The notes under the pieces: model-generated
Databases searched by the model: none
What the model saw: only the letters and a program-made list of their open reading frames with translations
Told to the model about the DNA's origin: nothing
Made by a program: the position numbers and the translations under genes
In this document: piece by piece, positions 26,601 to 37,946 of the stretch
Layout of the letters: each line of letters opens with the position of its first letter
Position numbering within the stretch: the first letter of the stretch is position 1
Source: Mizuhopecten yessoensis
Taxonomy: Eukaryota
NCBI RefSeq assembly: GCF_002113885.1
Contig: NW_018479985.1
Coordinates: 86,127 to 150,126, forward strand
Direction of reading: 5' to 3'
Length of the DNA stretch: 64,000 bases

Positions 26601-29376
26601 ATCAGGGAAGTGGATTCTGGCTGGTGGTTTATCCTACATGGTTTGAAGGGGGAGAAGTGGATTCTGATTGGAGATATGCTCTAGGTGGTAACAAGGGGAG
26701 GTGGTTGAAGATGTTTCATACTTGGGGGTGTCTGTAGAAGGAAGGGGGTTGTGAAACCTCATGTTTCTGTCAGTAAGTATATTGTTTGTATGCATAAGAT
26801 ACTGCCTGACATTACCTGTGTGTATTTATAGGCTAGTGTTTACACATAATGTAACTGTGCAAGATGTACCACGTAAGGTAAGCTGACAGGAGGTGAAAGG
26901 ATGGATGGATAGAGGAGAAGACAGATGAATAAAGGAATAGAGAAAGAACAGAGAGTTTGAAAGTTATAGAGGACATTGAGAAGATGTGGATGTCAATAAG
27001 AAAGATGAGAGATTAGTCTAGAACACTAGCTGTTGGTCAGTAAAGAATACAGGGATACAGAAGTAAAATAGGTCAGGTCATTTTGGCACACAGTTAGATA
27101 GGTAGGTACAAAGGTGAGGAGGGAGGGCACAGTTAGATGGGGAGGAACAAAGGAGAGGAGGGAGGGCACGAGGGTAAAGGTGGTTAGACATGAAGCAGGT
27201 ATGAAGGGTCAGTCACCAGGAAAGAAGTGACATGAGTATTTTACATGGTATGTATAAACAAGTACAGTTCTGTGTAGATCAGGGATACAGAATGACTCAG
27301 TAATGAGTGTATAGTAGTATACAGGCTTTTAGCCAAACCTATCATCCCAAGAACTGTAGTGACAATACGAGTGCCCAAAATAATTCCACGAACTGTAGTG
27401 ACAATACGAGTGCCCAAAATAATTCCACACAAACTGACAAAACGGTGGTTCATCTTGAAATTTGTACATGATTCAAGCAATTTCATCATTGGGGATGTAA
27501 TATGTACTATTGGATCAAATATAGTTAGAATAATGAAGTTCAAATCCTTATAAAGGCAAGTATAAAATAACAAACACACAAGACTGCCTTCATGGGTTTC
27601 TTCAGGCAGACCAATGTTTATTCTAAGCACTAGTATATGTGCTGATAATGATGTGAATTTCATTCAAGGCTAATTTGATGAAATATAAATTAGAGATACG
27701 TACATTAATTAGCCGCCAGTAGCTTTACAATCTGTTGATTTCCTGGATAAGCCAAGTCTCTGTTGTTATATTTGTTTTAGATAGGATGATAAATTATAGC
27801 ATGCATGCAGTTACAATATCCAGATGAAAGTCAGTTATTTTTGGAATGTTTTTTTGTGTATAAATTGTAGTAGAAAAAACTTCCACATTGCTTAACTAAT
27901 AAACAGAAAAAGTTATTCAAAATTACAGTAATTTAGAATTTTCGATTGACCCCGAGATAACATTTAAGTGTGAGTAAACCACAGGCAGGTTTGTTGTTGT
28001 ACATTGCTATAACCTTTCCAGTGACGGTGCAGGTTCACTGGGTTTATTGTATCTCATGGCTGCATACATAGGACTTGGCAAGCTTCTTGTTTACAAAGAT
28101 CAGGTGTGTTTCCATGGATACGTTCAGGTGGGCTATTCTGGTAGTTTTGTGTTTGCACATCCCTTGTCACAATATTTTGAGAACTGCTCTGTAAATAGAC
28201 AGGATGCCTGTAGCAACACAAGGGAGATAACCACCTCTGATTAACCAGTCTGTCTCTATGTCAGCTTAGTCACCACCAAATCGAATCAATGTTGTCATTG
28301 TCTTTAAATTGCAGTTGTTCGAGCTATGAGACATGAACTATCTAAATAACAGAAACATGTATGGTGATATTTATCAATAAAAAACAATTAAAAATTGTAC
28401 TTCTGTTATTTAGTATCCCAAGAAGAAAAACTGTGTTAGCCTAACCATGCAAGTGCTACAGTACTATTAGTTCAGTAAAATATTGGTGTATTTATATGTT
28501 TTAGGAACATTTAGTATGTTATTTTGACAAAACTCCCATGTTCTCAAGTTCTTTTTTATCTGTTCTGCCTTTACAAATAGCTGTTGGATGAACTTCCATC
28601 AGGATTGAAATCACTTAAAAATTATATACAAGTAATTCCTAAAAATATAATGGTGTGTTGTGGCCATGTTGCCATGGAAATATGTTTTACTGATTTAATG
28701 TTGGAAGATCTCTAAGCTGTTAAACTTTAAGAGAGACAGAGAAAATAAGGCGGACTTGGTAGTAAAACTAAAATACAATTTACTGTGGGAAGGTTCATCA
28801 TCTGTTAAAAGCAGAGAGACAGAGAAAACAAGGCACAGAGTTTACTTGAAACTAGAAGTAGAACCAAAAATAAACATTGAGAAAGGTGTCTGGAACTGGA
28901 GAGATAAGGATACAGGATGAGATTAGAGTAACACAGGAGAAAAAGAGAAAGACAGGAGATAAAGGGAAAACAGATTTTTAGAGATCTACCGGAGACAAAG
29001 AGAGAAAACAGATCTACAGATACATAGGAGATATAGAGAAAAAGAAATTTAGAGAGAAAGACAATATATAGAGAAAAAGAAATTTAGAGATATACAGGAG
29101 ACAGAAACAGAGATCTAGAGATATATAGGAGACACAGAGACAGCAGGAATTTAGAGAGAAAGACAGGAGATATAGAGAAAAAGAAATTTAGAGATATACA
29201 GGAGACGGAAACAGATCTAGAGATATATAGGAGACACAGAGAAAACATAAATTTAAACTTAGGAAAAATAAAGAAAAATAGAGATTTTCATCAGGAAAGG
29301 TATTGGTAATTAGAGAAACCATATCTAGATTGAAACATAGAAACGCCAGAAATCTAGATATAGGAAAGGAAATATT

Positions 29377-30568
29377 AGAGAAATCAGAGATCTAGAGGTC
29401 CACAGGTGGTATACATGTAGAGAGATCACAGATCTAGAGGTCCACAGGAGGTATACATGTAGAGAAATCAGAGTTCTAGAGGTCCACAGGAGGTATGCAT
29501 GTAGAGAAATCAGAGATCTAGTGGTCCACAGGAGGTATACATGTAGAGAAATCAGAGATCTAGAGGTCCACAGGAGGTATACATGTAGAGAAATCAGAGA
29601 TATAGAGGTCCACAGGAGGTATACATATAGAGAAATCAGTGATCTAGAGGTCCACAGGAGGTATACATGTAGAGAAATCAGAGATATAGGGGTCCACAGG
29701 AGGTATACATGTAGAGAAATAAGAGTTCTAGTGATCCACAGGAGGTATACATGTAGAGAAATCGTAGATCTAGTGATCCACAGGAGGTATACATGAAGAG
29801 AAATCAGAGATATAGAGGTCAACAGGAGGTATACATGTAGAGAAATCAGATCTAGTGGTCCACGGGAGGTATACATGTAGAGAAATCAGAGATCTAATTG
29901 TCCACAGGAGGTATACATGTAGAGAAATAAGAGATCTAGTGATCCACAGGAGGTATACATGTAGATAAATCAGAGATATAGAGGTCCACAGGAGGAATAC
30001 ATGTAGAGAAATCAGAGATATAGAGGTCCACAGGAGGAATACATGTAGAGAAATAAGAGATCTAGTGATCCACAGGAGGTATACATGTAGAGAAATCGTA
30101 GATCTAGTGATCCACAGGAGGTATACATGTAGAGAAATCGTAGATCTAGTGATCCACAGGAGGTATACATGAAGAGAAATCAGAGATATAGAGGTCAACA
30201 GGAGGTATACATGTAGAGAAATCAGAGATCTAATTGTCCACAGGAGGTATACATGTAGAGAAGTCAGAGGTCTAGAGCTCCACAGGAGGTATACATGTAG
30301 AGAAATCAAAGAAATAGAGGTCAACAGGAGGTATGCCTGTAGAGAAATCAGAGATCTAGTGGTCCACGGGAGGTATACATGTAGAGAAATCAGAGATATA
30401 GAGGTCCACAGGAGGTATACATGTAGAGAAATCGTAGATCTAGTGATCCACAGGAGGTATACATGTAGAGAAATCAGAGATATAGAGGTCCACAGGAGGT
30501 ATACATGTAGAGAAATAAGAGATCTAGTGATCCACAGGAGGTATACATGTAGAGAAATCAATGATCTA
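29377..30568. repeat. 42-bp minisatellite with degenerate GA-rich flanks (28900-29376, 30569-30840)
   Basis: Unit agagaaatcagagatctagaggtccacaggaggtatacatgt, ~28 copies; source of the 326-aa SLISLHVYLLW ORF. Confidence 0.97.
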
Positions 30569-30866
30569 GGTACAGCAAAGAAAGTTTGGGAACAGAGAAT
30601 AAGAAATTTAGATATACAGAACACATTATAAAAATCAGGTCGGGAGATATACCGGGGACATCGAGAAATCAGAGGTCTATAGATACACAGTCCCCGGGGC
30701 CACAGAAAATCAGACATATGGAGAAACACAGGGGACAAAATATAAATCAAAGATTTATTAAATTTAAGTGCAGTGAAGGAAGTATCAATACAGAAATATA
30801 AGAGATTTAGAGACGAACAGGTGACATAGAGAAATCAAAGTACAAAGATATCTACATCGGAGATGA

Positions 30867-31160
30867 GTGACTAGTGTCCCTTTAAGATGTTGTCTATTGT
30901 AAAACTGGCATCCTTTTAAGATAATTTAATGCTCAATGTATGACCAGTGTCCCTTTAATATGGTGTCCATTATGTGACTTGCATTTCTTTGAGATGTTAA
31001 ATGTATGACCAGCGTCCCTTTAAGATGTTGTCGATTGTATGGCTTGTGTATCTTTGAGATATTGTCAATTGTATGACTAGCATCTCTTGAATTCAGGTGT
31101 TCAATGTATGACCAGCGTCCCTTTAAGATGTTGTCTGTTCCATGACTAGTATCACTTTAA
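30867..31160. repeat. Degenerate ~33-bp minisatellite
   Basis: Recurrent tatgaccagtgtccctttaagatgttgtc. Confidence 0.75.
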
Positions 31161-31632
31161 AGTTGAATAGCTGTTGCTGACATGTTTGGCATCAGTGGCG
31201 TTGTTTTGCATTACAACCGTTAATTGAAGTGTGATATTATTGACAAATTTCGTATCAAGATCGTAGCGTGTTTAAGGTGTGTGTGACACGGAGGATAGGT
31301 CCTCAGACATTGTATCAGCAGTGTTGATGATGGCGAGTGGATACTACTGGTCACCAGGATGTTTCTATCACCTAATTACTAGTCTGTCCACAGCTTCTTA
31401 GTTCCCATTATTCTACACAATGGCCCCACTTACAGGAGATTTGTTGTGACTATTATATTAGCCAAGCAAGCTTTGAGGCTTGACTTAATCAAAACAAAAC
31501 AAACGAGGGACTGACTTGTCTGTCAATTAACTTAAGGCTCTGTTAGTGTGTAGGTGAGAGTGTTTTTATCATTTATAATACATGCAGTGTGTTAGTAGGA
31601 ATAGCACTTTGAAGTTTGTCCATTATTTTAAT

Positions 31633-32118
31633 TTTACCTGTATCGGGGTAACCTGTATGAATCTTTATAGAAAATTCACCTGTGTGAATCTTAATAGAAA
31701 ATGTACTTGTATGAGTCTTTATAGCATTTTTTACCTGTATGAATCTTTATAGAAAATTTACCTGTATGAATCCTAATAGAAAATTTACCTATATGAGTCT
31801 TTATAGCATTTTTACCTGCATGAGTCTTTAATGAAAATTTACCTGAATGAATCTTTATAGAATATTTACCTGTATGAGTCTTTATAGAGTATTTACCTGT
31901 ATGAATTCTTCATAGAAAAATTACACATATACAAGTCTTCATAGACAAATCATCTGTATGAGTCTTTAATATACAAATTACCTGCCTGTATTAGTCATTA
32001 TTGACAATTTTAAGTTACCTGTATGAGTTGTTTATAGCAAGTTACCTGTGAAAGTCTTGATTAAAATTACCTGTATAAGTCTTTATAAACAAATTACTTG
32101 TATGAGTTTTCATAGAAA
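31633..32118. repeat. Degenerate ~27-bp minisatellite
   Basis: Recurrent tttacctgtatga(a/g)tctttatagaaaa. Confidence 0.85.
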
Positions 32119-33210
32119 AATGACTGAAGACATTGGAATTTAGCTGTTCTTTATAGACAGATTGTCTGGTAATTCAAAGATTAGTTATTTATATTGCCCG
32201 ATAAATTGGACAGTGGGAGCCTTTCATGATAGAACAGCTGTATGTAGCTCTAAAAGTAATAGAGACTATAATTATGAAACTTCAAAAAATAAATAATAAG
32301 TTAACTGGCTGCAGCTATCCGCAGTGTTGTGGCCTTGACTCCTGTTACACCCCTGACATGTGACCTAAGCGAAAGCTGTAGATAATCTGACAGAAGACTG
32401 CTGATGAGTGGCTGGTTAAATTATTATTGTCAATAATCAGCAAATGGATGAGTTTGTCAATGTCCTCATGTTGACCTGTCCTGTAACTGGGACAGTCAGC
32501 CAATCTATATATACAATGTAACGTGTACTCTTGTCTGCTAATTATCAGTACAGCAATTATACAGTCCCAGCATCTACTGTGACCAGACGAGGACAGTAAC
32601 ACTTTACAAAAATGTTTTTTGTAGAGTTTAATACCACTAGATTTGTTGCAACAATCAAAATGTATCAGAAAATATTGATGTTGTAATTTAGATATGTGGC
32701 TCCACATTAAACAAATTGTATTGATATGTCAGGTCGTACCATGTAGACAGGGCTAGCGCTAAAATATTTAATATGTAAATATTTGTTAATAATTTGAACA
32801 ATAACATAAGAGTAACTGTAGAATTAGATCCGCCTGTGGCTATTGTTGTCACACAGGTGTGGTTTGTCATAAGGATAAGCTCCAGTGGCTGGTGATAATG
32901 CACAGGGATATAATCGATCATCTCTCCATCCTTTCATTGATGGGTTGCACCAAATACCCTGAAATAATCAATAAGGCGACAATATGTACAAAGTTCATGC
33001 TTTGTTGGTGAGGATTGGATTGCTACTGAAGCAGATTTTCACCAAGATGCTCTGATATGAATGTACCTAACTAACATGAATGAAGCTCATACATCATTAG
33101 TATATGTCTATATACCCAACACTCGTAACACTTCCCACAGTCAATACAATATACAAAACAATCTAATGATCCTCTTGTTTTTAAATTGATAATGACTTTC
33201 AATGTACCTG

Positions 33211-33676
33211 CAAAGGTCATTACAGTGAGTTTTTATATGAGAATCTACAAAAACAAAGGTCATTACAGTGAGGTTTTTTATGAGAATCTACAATAACAAA
33301 GGTCATTGAAGTGAGTTTTTTTATGAGAATCTACTATAACAAAGGTCATTACAGTGAGTTATATGAGAATCTACTATAACAAAGGTCATTACAGTGAGGT
33401 TTTTTATGAGAATCTACAATAACAAAGGTCATTACAGTGAGTTTTTTTTATGAGAATCTACAATAACAAAGGTCATTGCAGTGAGTTTTTTTATGAGAAT
33501 CTACTATAACAAAGGTCATTACAGTGAGTTGTTATATGAGAATCTACTATAACAAAGGTCATTACAGTGAGTTTTTATATGAGAATCTACAATAACAAAG
33601 GTCATTACAGTGAGGTTTTATATGAGAATCTACAATAACAAAGGTCATTGCAGTGAGTTTTTATATGAGAATCTAC
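33211..33676. repeat. ~43-bp minisatellite
   Basis: Unit caaaggtcattacagtgagtttttttatgagaatctacaataa, ~11 copies, interrupted by a HINE. Confidence 0.95.
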
Positions 33677-34193
33677 GTGCGTCCGTAAACAATTTACATT
33701 TTCGACTTCTTCTCCAAAACCCCCTGAACCAATTTCAATGAAATTTTGCAAAACCTTCCATGGCCAAAGTTCAACCAAATTTGTGAATTATATGATCCCC
33801 AGCACCCAGGGGCCTGAGGGGCGGGGCCAAAAATGGTCAAATTGACTAAAATTTCAAAAATCTTCTTCTCAAGATCCATTTATGGTAGAATCAAATACCC
33901 TTCATAGATGGAAGGGTCTTAAATTTACCAAAATAGTGAATTTCATGACCCTGGGGTCTCACGTTTCCCCCTGGGGAGGGGGTAAAATTTACTATAGTTT
34001 ATATAGGGAAATCACATTTTGGACCAACATTTGTTTAATTTCCATTGGAAGTAATTCAATTTGGGTTAGCATTATNATTACATGTAGTTCAAGCTACCTT
34101 TGTTACAAAATGATTTCTTTTTCATTTGGCAACATCGATAACACCAGTTTTTACATAACTCAGGTGACCGTTAAGGCTCATGGGCCTCTTGTT
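33677..34193 (+). mobile_element. 5'-truncated HINE (Helentron-associated non-autonomous element)
   Basis: Starts at gtgcgtccgt, has gacttcttctc-type central repeats, and ends caggtgaccgtt-aaggctcatgggcct-cttgtt (3' palindrome then CTTGTT), the architecture known for bivalve HINE/Helitron-N families. Confidence 0.8.
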
Positions 34194-35169
34194 TTATGAG
34201 ACTACAGAGGTCACTGGCAGGACTACAAAGGTCACTGAGGTCAGACTCTACAAAGCTCACTTACTCATGTTAAACTCTATGTGTATGACGTAAAGGCATG
34301 TATAAAAGTTCTTTTCATATGATTCTTGATTTTGATTCCTAACATTTATTGATACAAAAATTAAAATCTTCAATAATGTTAAAATTACAGTTCAAAAGAC
34401 AGGACTCAGTAAATTTGACTTGTTTACTTGTCTTTTGATACCTGAATTTCTGACACGGTGCAAACAAAAGCTAGGAGAATTTTTTTCAGATAAGGTCATG
34501 TTATTGACTGCTGCTGTTGTGACATTTTCAATCAGACAAGTGGTGTATATGACAGTTAGGTGAGTCCGCTGTCATCATGTTGACGGTGGAGTCCTGTTCC
34601 AGTATCTGTATGTGTAGGGATAAAGCTAGTTCCACCTTTCTCCATGCTGAACACAATCTAGGCTATAGTCGAACTGCCATAATTTGAGTTGGAATCTGCC
34701 TAATAAATTGCTGATTCGAACTCACCGGAGACTATCACTGTCTGACTGATTTTTATTTCCGCTTTGATCCAAAGTTATGAAGATGGCAAGATATACTTAC
34801 AAAGAAATATTGCTCCAGTAAAGCAAATATTATATAGATAATATTAAATTTTTAGTCATTTTGTATGGCTGGAATTGGAGGTCTTATCTCATTAAACAAG
34901 ATATATGGTACACAGAGATATGTTTGCATCTCCCTATATTCAATGAACAAAGCTAAATGTGATAACCGACTTGCAGACATGGTTCCCATTTCACCAAATT
35001 TACAGATGAGGGAACAAGAGTGTAATAAAAAGACAGTCAAACATAATTTATCACCTACACAGGCTATCCTCCTCCCCCTCCTCAACAACTCGATTTCCCC
35101 CCATATTTACTCTGTCTTTTCCTCCCTATTCTCTTCCTCTTCAATCCTAGATTGTTCGATATTCTCCAA

Positions 35170-36245
35170 CCTCATATGCTCCCGTCTCTCTCCCACATAC
35201 ACCTGAACTCCTTTCTCCCTCTCCTACCGCCTACTCCTATCATCCTTGCATGTTCTCCTACTCCTATCACTCTCCCATGTTCTCCTACTCCTATCATCCT
35301 TCCATGTTCACCTACTCCTATCACTCTCCCATACCTTCTAATCCTTCTACCTCCTCCCATACCCACATAGACTTCCCTCCTATCTTCTTTTCCCCTCCTA
35401 TACCCACCTAATGCTATCTTCTTCCCAAACTTATCCATTCCTATTCCCTTCCTATATATACCCACCTACTTCAATCCTCTTCCATACCTTTCCACTTATA
35501 TTTTCTTCCTATACCCACCTATTCCTATTTCACTCCTATACCTCACTTATCCAATCTTCTTCCTATCTTCTTCCCATACCTATCCACTCCTATTGCTGCT
35601 GTTGTGACATTTTCAATCAGACAAGTGATATATATGACACTTAGATAAATCTGCTGTCATCATGTTTACATTGGAGTTCACTCCTATACTTAACCTACTC
35701 CAATCTTCTTCCTATACCCATCTACTTCTATTTCCCTCCTATATCCACCTATTCCTATTTCACTCCTATACCTAACTACTCCAATCTTCTTCCTATCTCC
35801 TTACCATACCTATCCACTTCTTTTTCCCTCCTATACCAACCTACTTCTATTTCCCTCATATACCCATCTACTACTCCTATTTCACTCCTATACCCACCTA
35901 TTCCTATTTCACTCCTATACCTAACTCCCCAATCTTCTTCCTATCTCCTTACCATACCTATCCACTTCCTTTTCCCTCCTATACCAACCTACTCGTATTT
36001 CACTCCTATACCCATCTACTTCTCCTATTTCACTCCTATACCTTACTACTCCGATCTTTTTCCTATCTTCTTCCCATACCTATACATTCCTATTTCAATA
36101 TTATACTCGCCTACTCATATAGTCCTCACATACCCTCTCAATCTTCCTCTGTCCTTTCCATACTCACCCATTATCCTATATGCTCCCATGCCAGTTCATT
36201 CCTCCTTTATATATCAACGCCCCATTCTCACTTCCCACATCTCCA
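35170..36245. repeat. Pyrimidine-rich low-complexity tract (CCTATACC/CCTACT modules)
   Basis: Plus strand almost devoid of G; recurrent ctcctatacccacctattcctatttca. Confidence 0.85.
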
Positions 36246-36783
36246 TAATTATTATGATGTACTTTATGCAATATAAAAGGTGACAGGAAGAGTCAATATA
36301 CTTTATTGTACAAGTATTTACAGCTGTGTAGACTACTTAACATTGATAATGTATCTCTAGCCTGTAGATATCTCAGAGAACATATTATAACGATTTACAA
36401 TTACCAACAGGTGCTTTGTGTCCTCAGACAGGTGAGGGGCAATGCTCAATATATACTTATACATATACATTGTAATTAACAAGCATCTGGACTGCACAAG
36501 AGGCTGCACATGCAGTTTCAGATTAGCTCTGTGATCTACTCCATCATAAAGTTCTATTAAAAGACTACAACACTTTTTTCTGACTAATGCTTCTCTGTTT
36601 TTTCATGTGACTCATCCATTTTGTGTTGTGCTGCTGTATGGTAAATGTTTTATGCTTTTGAAATTTCTTACAGACCCGTACAGATAATGATATTGGTTTT
36701 ATTTAAAAGGGTAATTAATACTTACAGCATGATATCTAAGATCACTTGTTAATGACCTCCTTTACATTTCTTACATTTGCGTA

Positions 36784-37095
36784 TGGTTTGGTTGGGTTGT
36801 TTGTGTTATACGTCTTATAAAAAGCTATGGTCATTTAACCTTTTCACCACTGTAGACCATAATGGACTCATCCATATCAATGCATGGTAGAGTCTACTGA
36901 AGTTACATACGGGTGAAAGGGTTAAAGATGTGCAAGATTTGGTGGTGGAGGAAAGCCGGAGTACCTGGAGAAAATATTTGACCTGTGGAAAGTAACTGGC
37001 AACTGCCCCATGTAGGCCTGAAACCTGTGACCCAGTGGTGGAGGGCTAGTGATCGTAGACGATCCGACACTTTAACCACTCGGCCAATGCGGCTC
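36784..37095 (-). mobile_element. tRNA-derived SINE with V-domain-like core
   Basis: Minus strand: A box TGGCCGAGTGG, degenerate B box GGTTTCAGGCC, core TTTTCTCCAGGTACTCCGGCTTTCCTCCACCA resembling the V-SINE domain, tail AAATGACCATAGC...CAAACAACCCAACCAAACCA. Interrupted by a MITE. Confidence 0.85.
36839..36921. mobile_element. 83-bp TTAA MITE (piggyBac-type termini) nested in the SINE
   Basis: TTAA (36835-38) CCTTTTCACC ... GGTGAAAGGG TTAA (36922-25); TIR 9/10. Confidence 0.8.
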
Positions 37096-37946
37096 GGCTC
37101 CACTTACATATGCATATAAACTAGTAAGACAGTTCAATTTGATAGTTCCGATTCTTATTTTTATGTTTCACGTTTGCCAAATAAATGTCTTCTGTTTTAC
37201 TTTCTGAATAATTATGCTTCGTATCATTATACAGCCTTGATGTAGGTATAAACCTTAATATCAGATATATTGGATTGGATTTGAGGTAGGCCACAGCCCA
37301 GGGGAAGTCGCACCTTTTTGGACGGGGAACCAGTGGTGCATGTTGGTTCACATCCTACTTGCTATATATGTCCGTATGGTCTATAAAAAACGTTATTGTG
37401 AAATGTGTTTATTGTATGACCTGCTGCACCGACCGATGCTGTATATTAATGAGCCATTCACTGGGGGGCGGAGGAGAATGGTGAAATTTACCAAGTTATG
37501 AATCCAAATGTGTATCATGTATTCGCATTATTTGATCACAGCCACATGGTGTACATATGATCCAGCTGTTGAATTTTATACAAATTTATAAATTGCTTCC
37601 TTAAAAAAAAAGAGAAAATTTATAATACAGCCCACACAAAGCCAACAAACTTCAGAGTATTTACCTCAACAGCTGTGATGTTTCGTAGTAAAATGTTACT
37701 GGGATTGAATGGATACCATCCCTATCACAGCATGCTTCATTGATAGTCTATTTAAAGATGATGGAGAAAGGAGGGGTGGGAGGTACTTCTATTAATAAAC
37801 CTGCTGACAGACACGAAGATAAAATCGTTTTCCCTGGTGCACCATTAGGCTATTTCCAGAAGTGATTCAGCGTTTTATGTACCATAGGGAACACCAACAT
37901 AAAGCACCAACATACATCTAGTTTTGATCCAGCATGGGATAGACTA

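Noticed and set aside
29770-30750. 326-aa hydrophobic ORF, plus similar ORFs at 1889-2584, 8859-9564, 16016-16833, 19780-20160, 38115-41051, 50030-50462 and 51939-52266
   Set aside because: Translations of minisatellites that happen to lack stops; several frames or strands are open at once, with no domain or credible splice structure.
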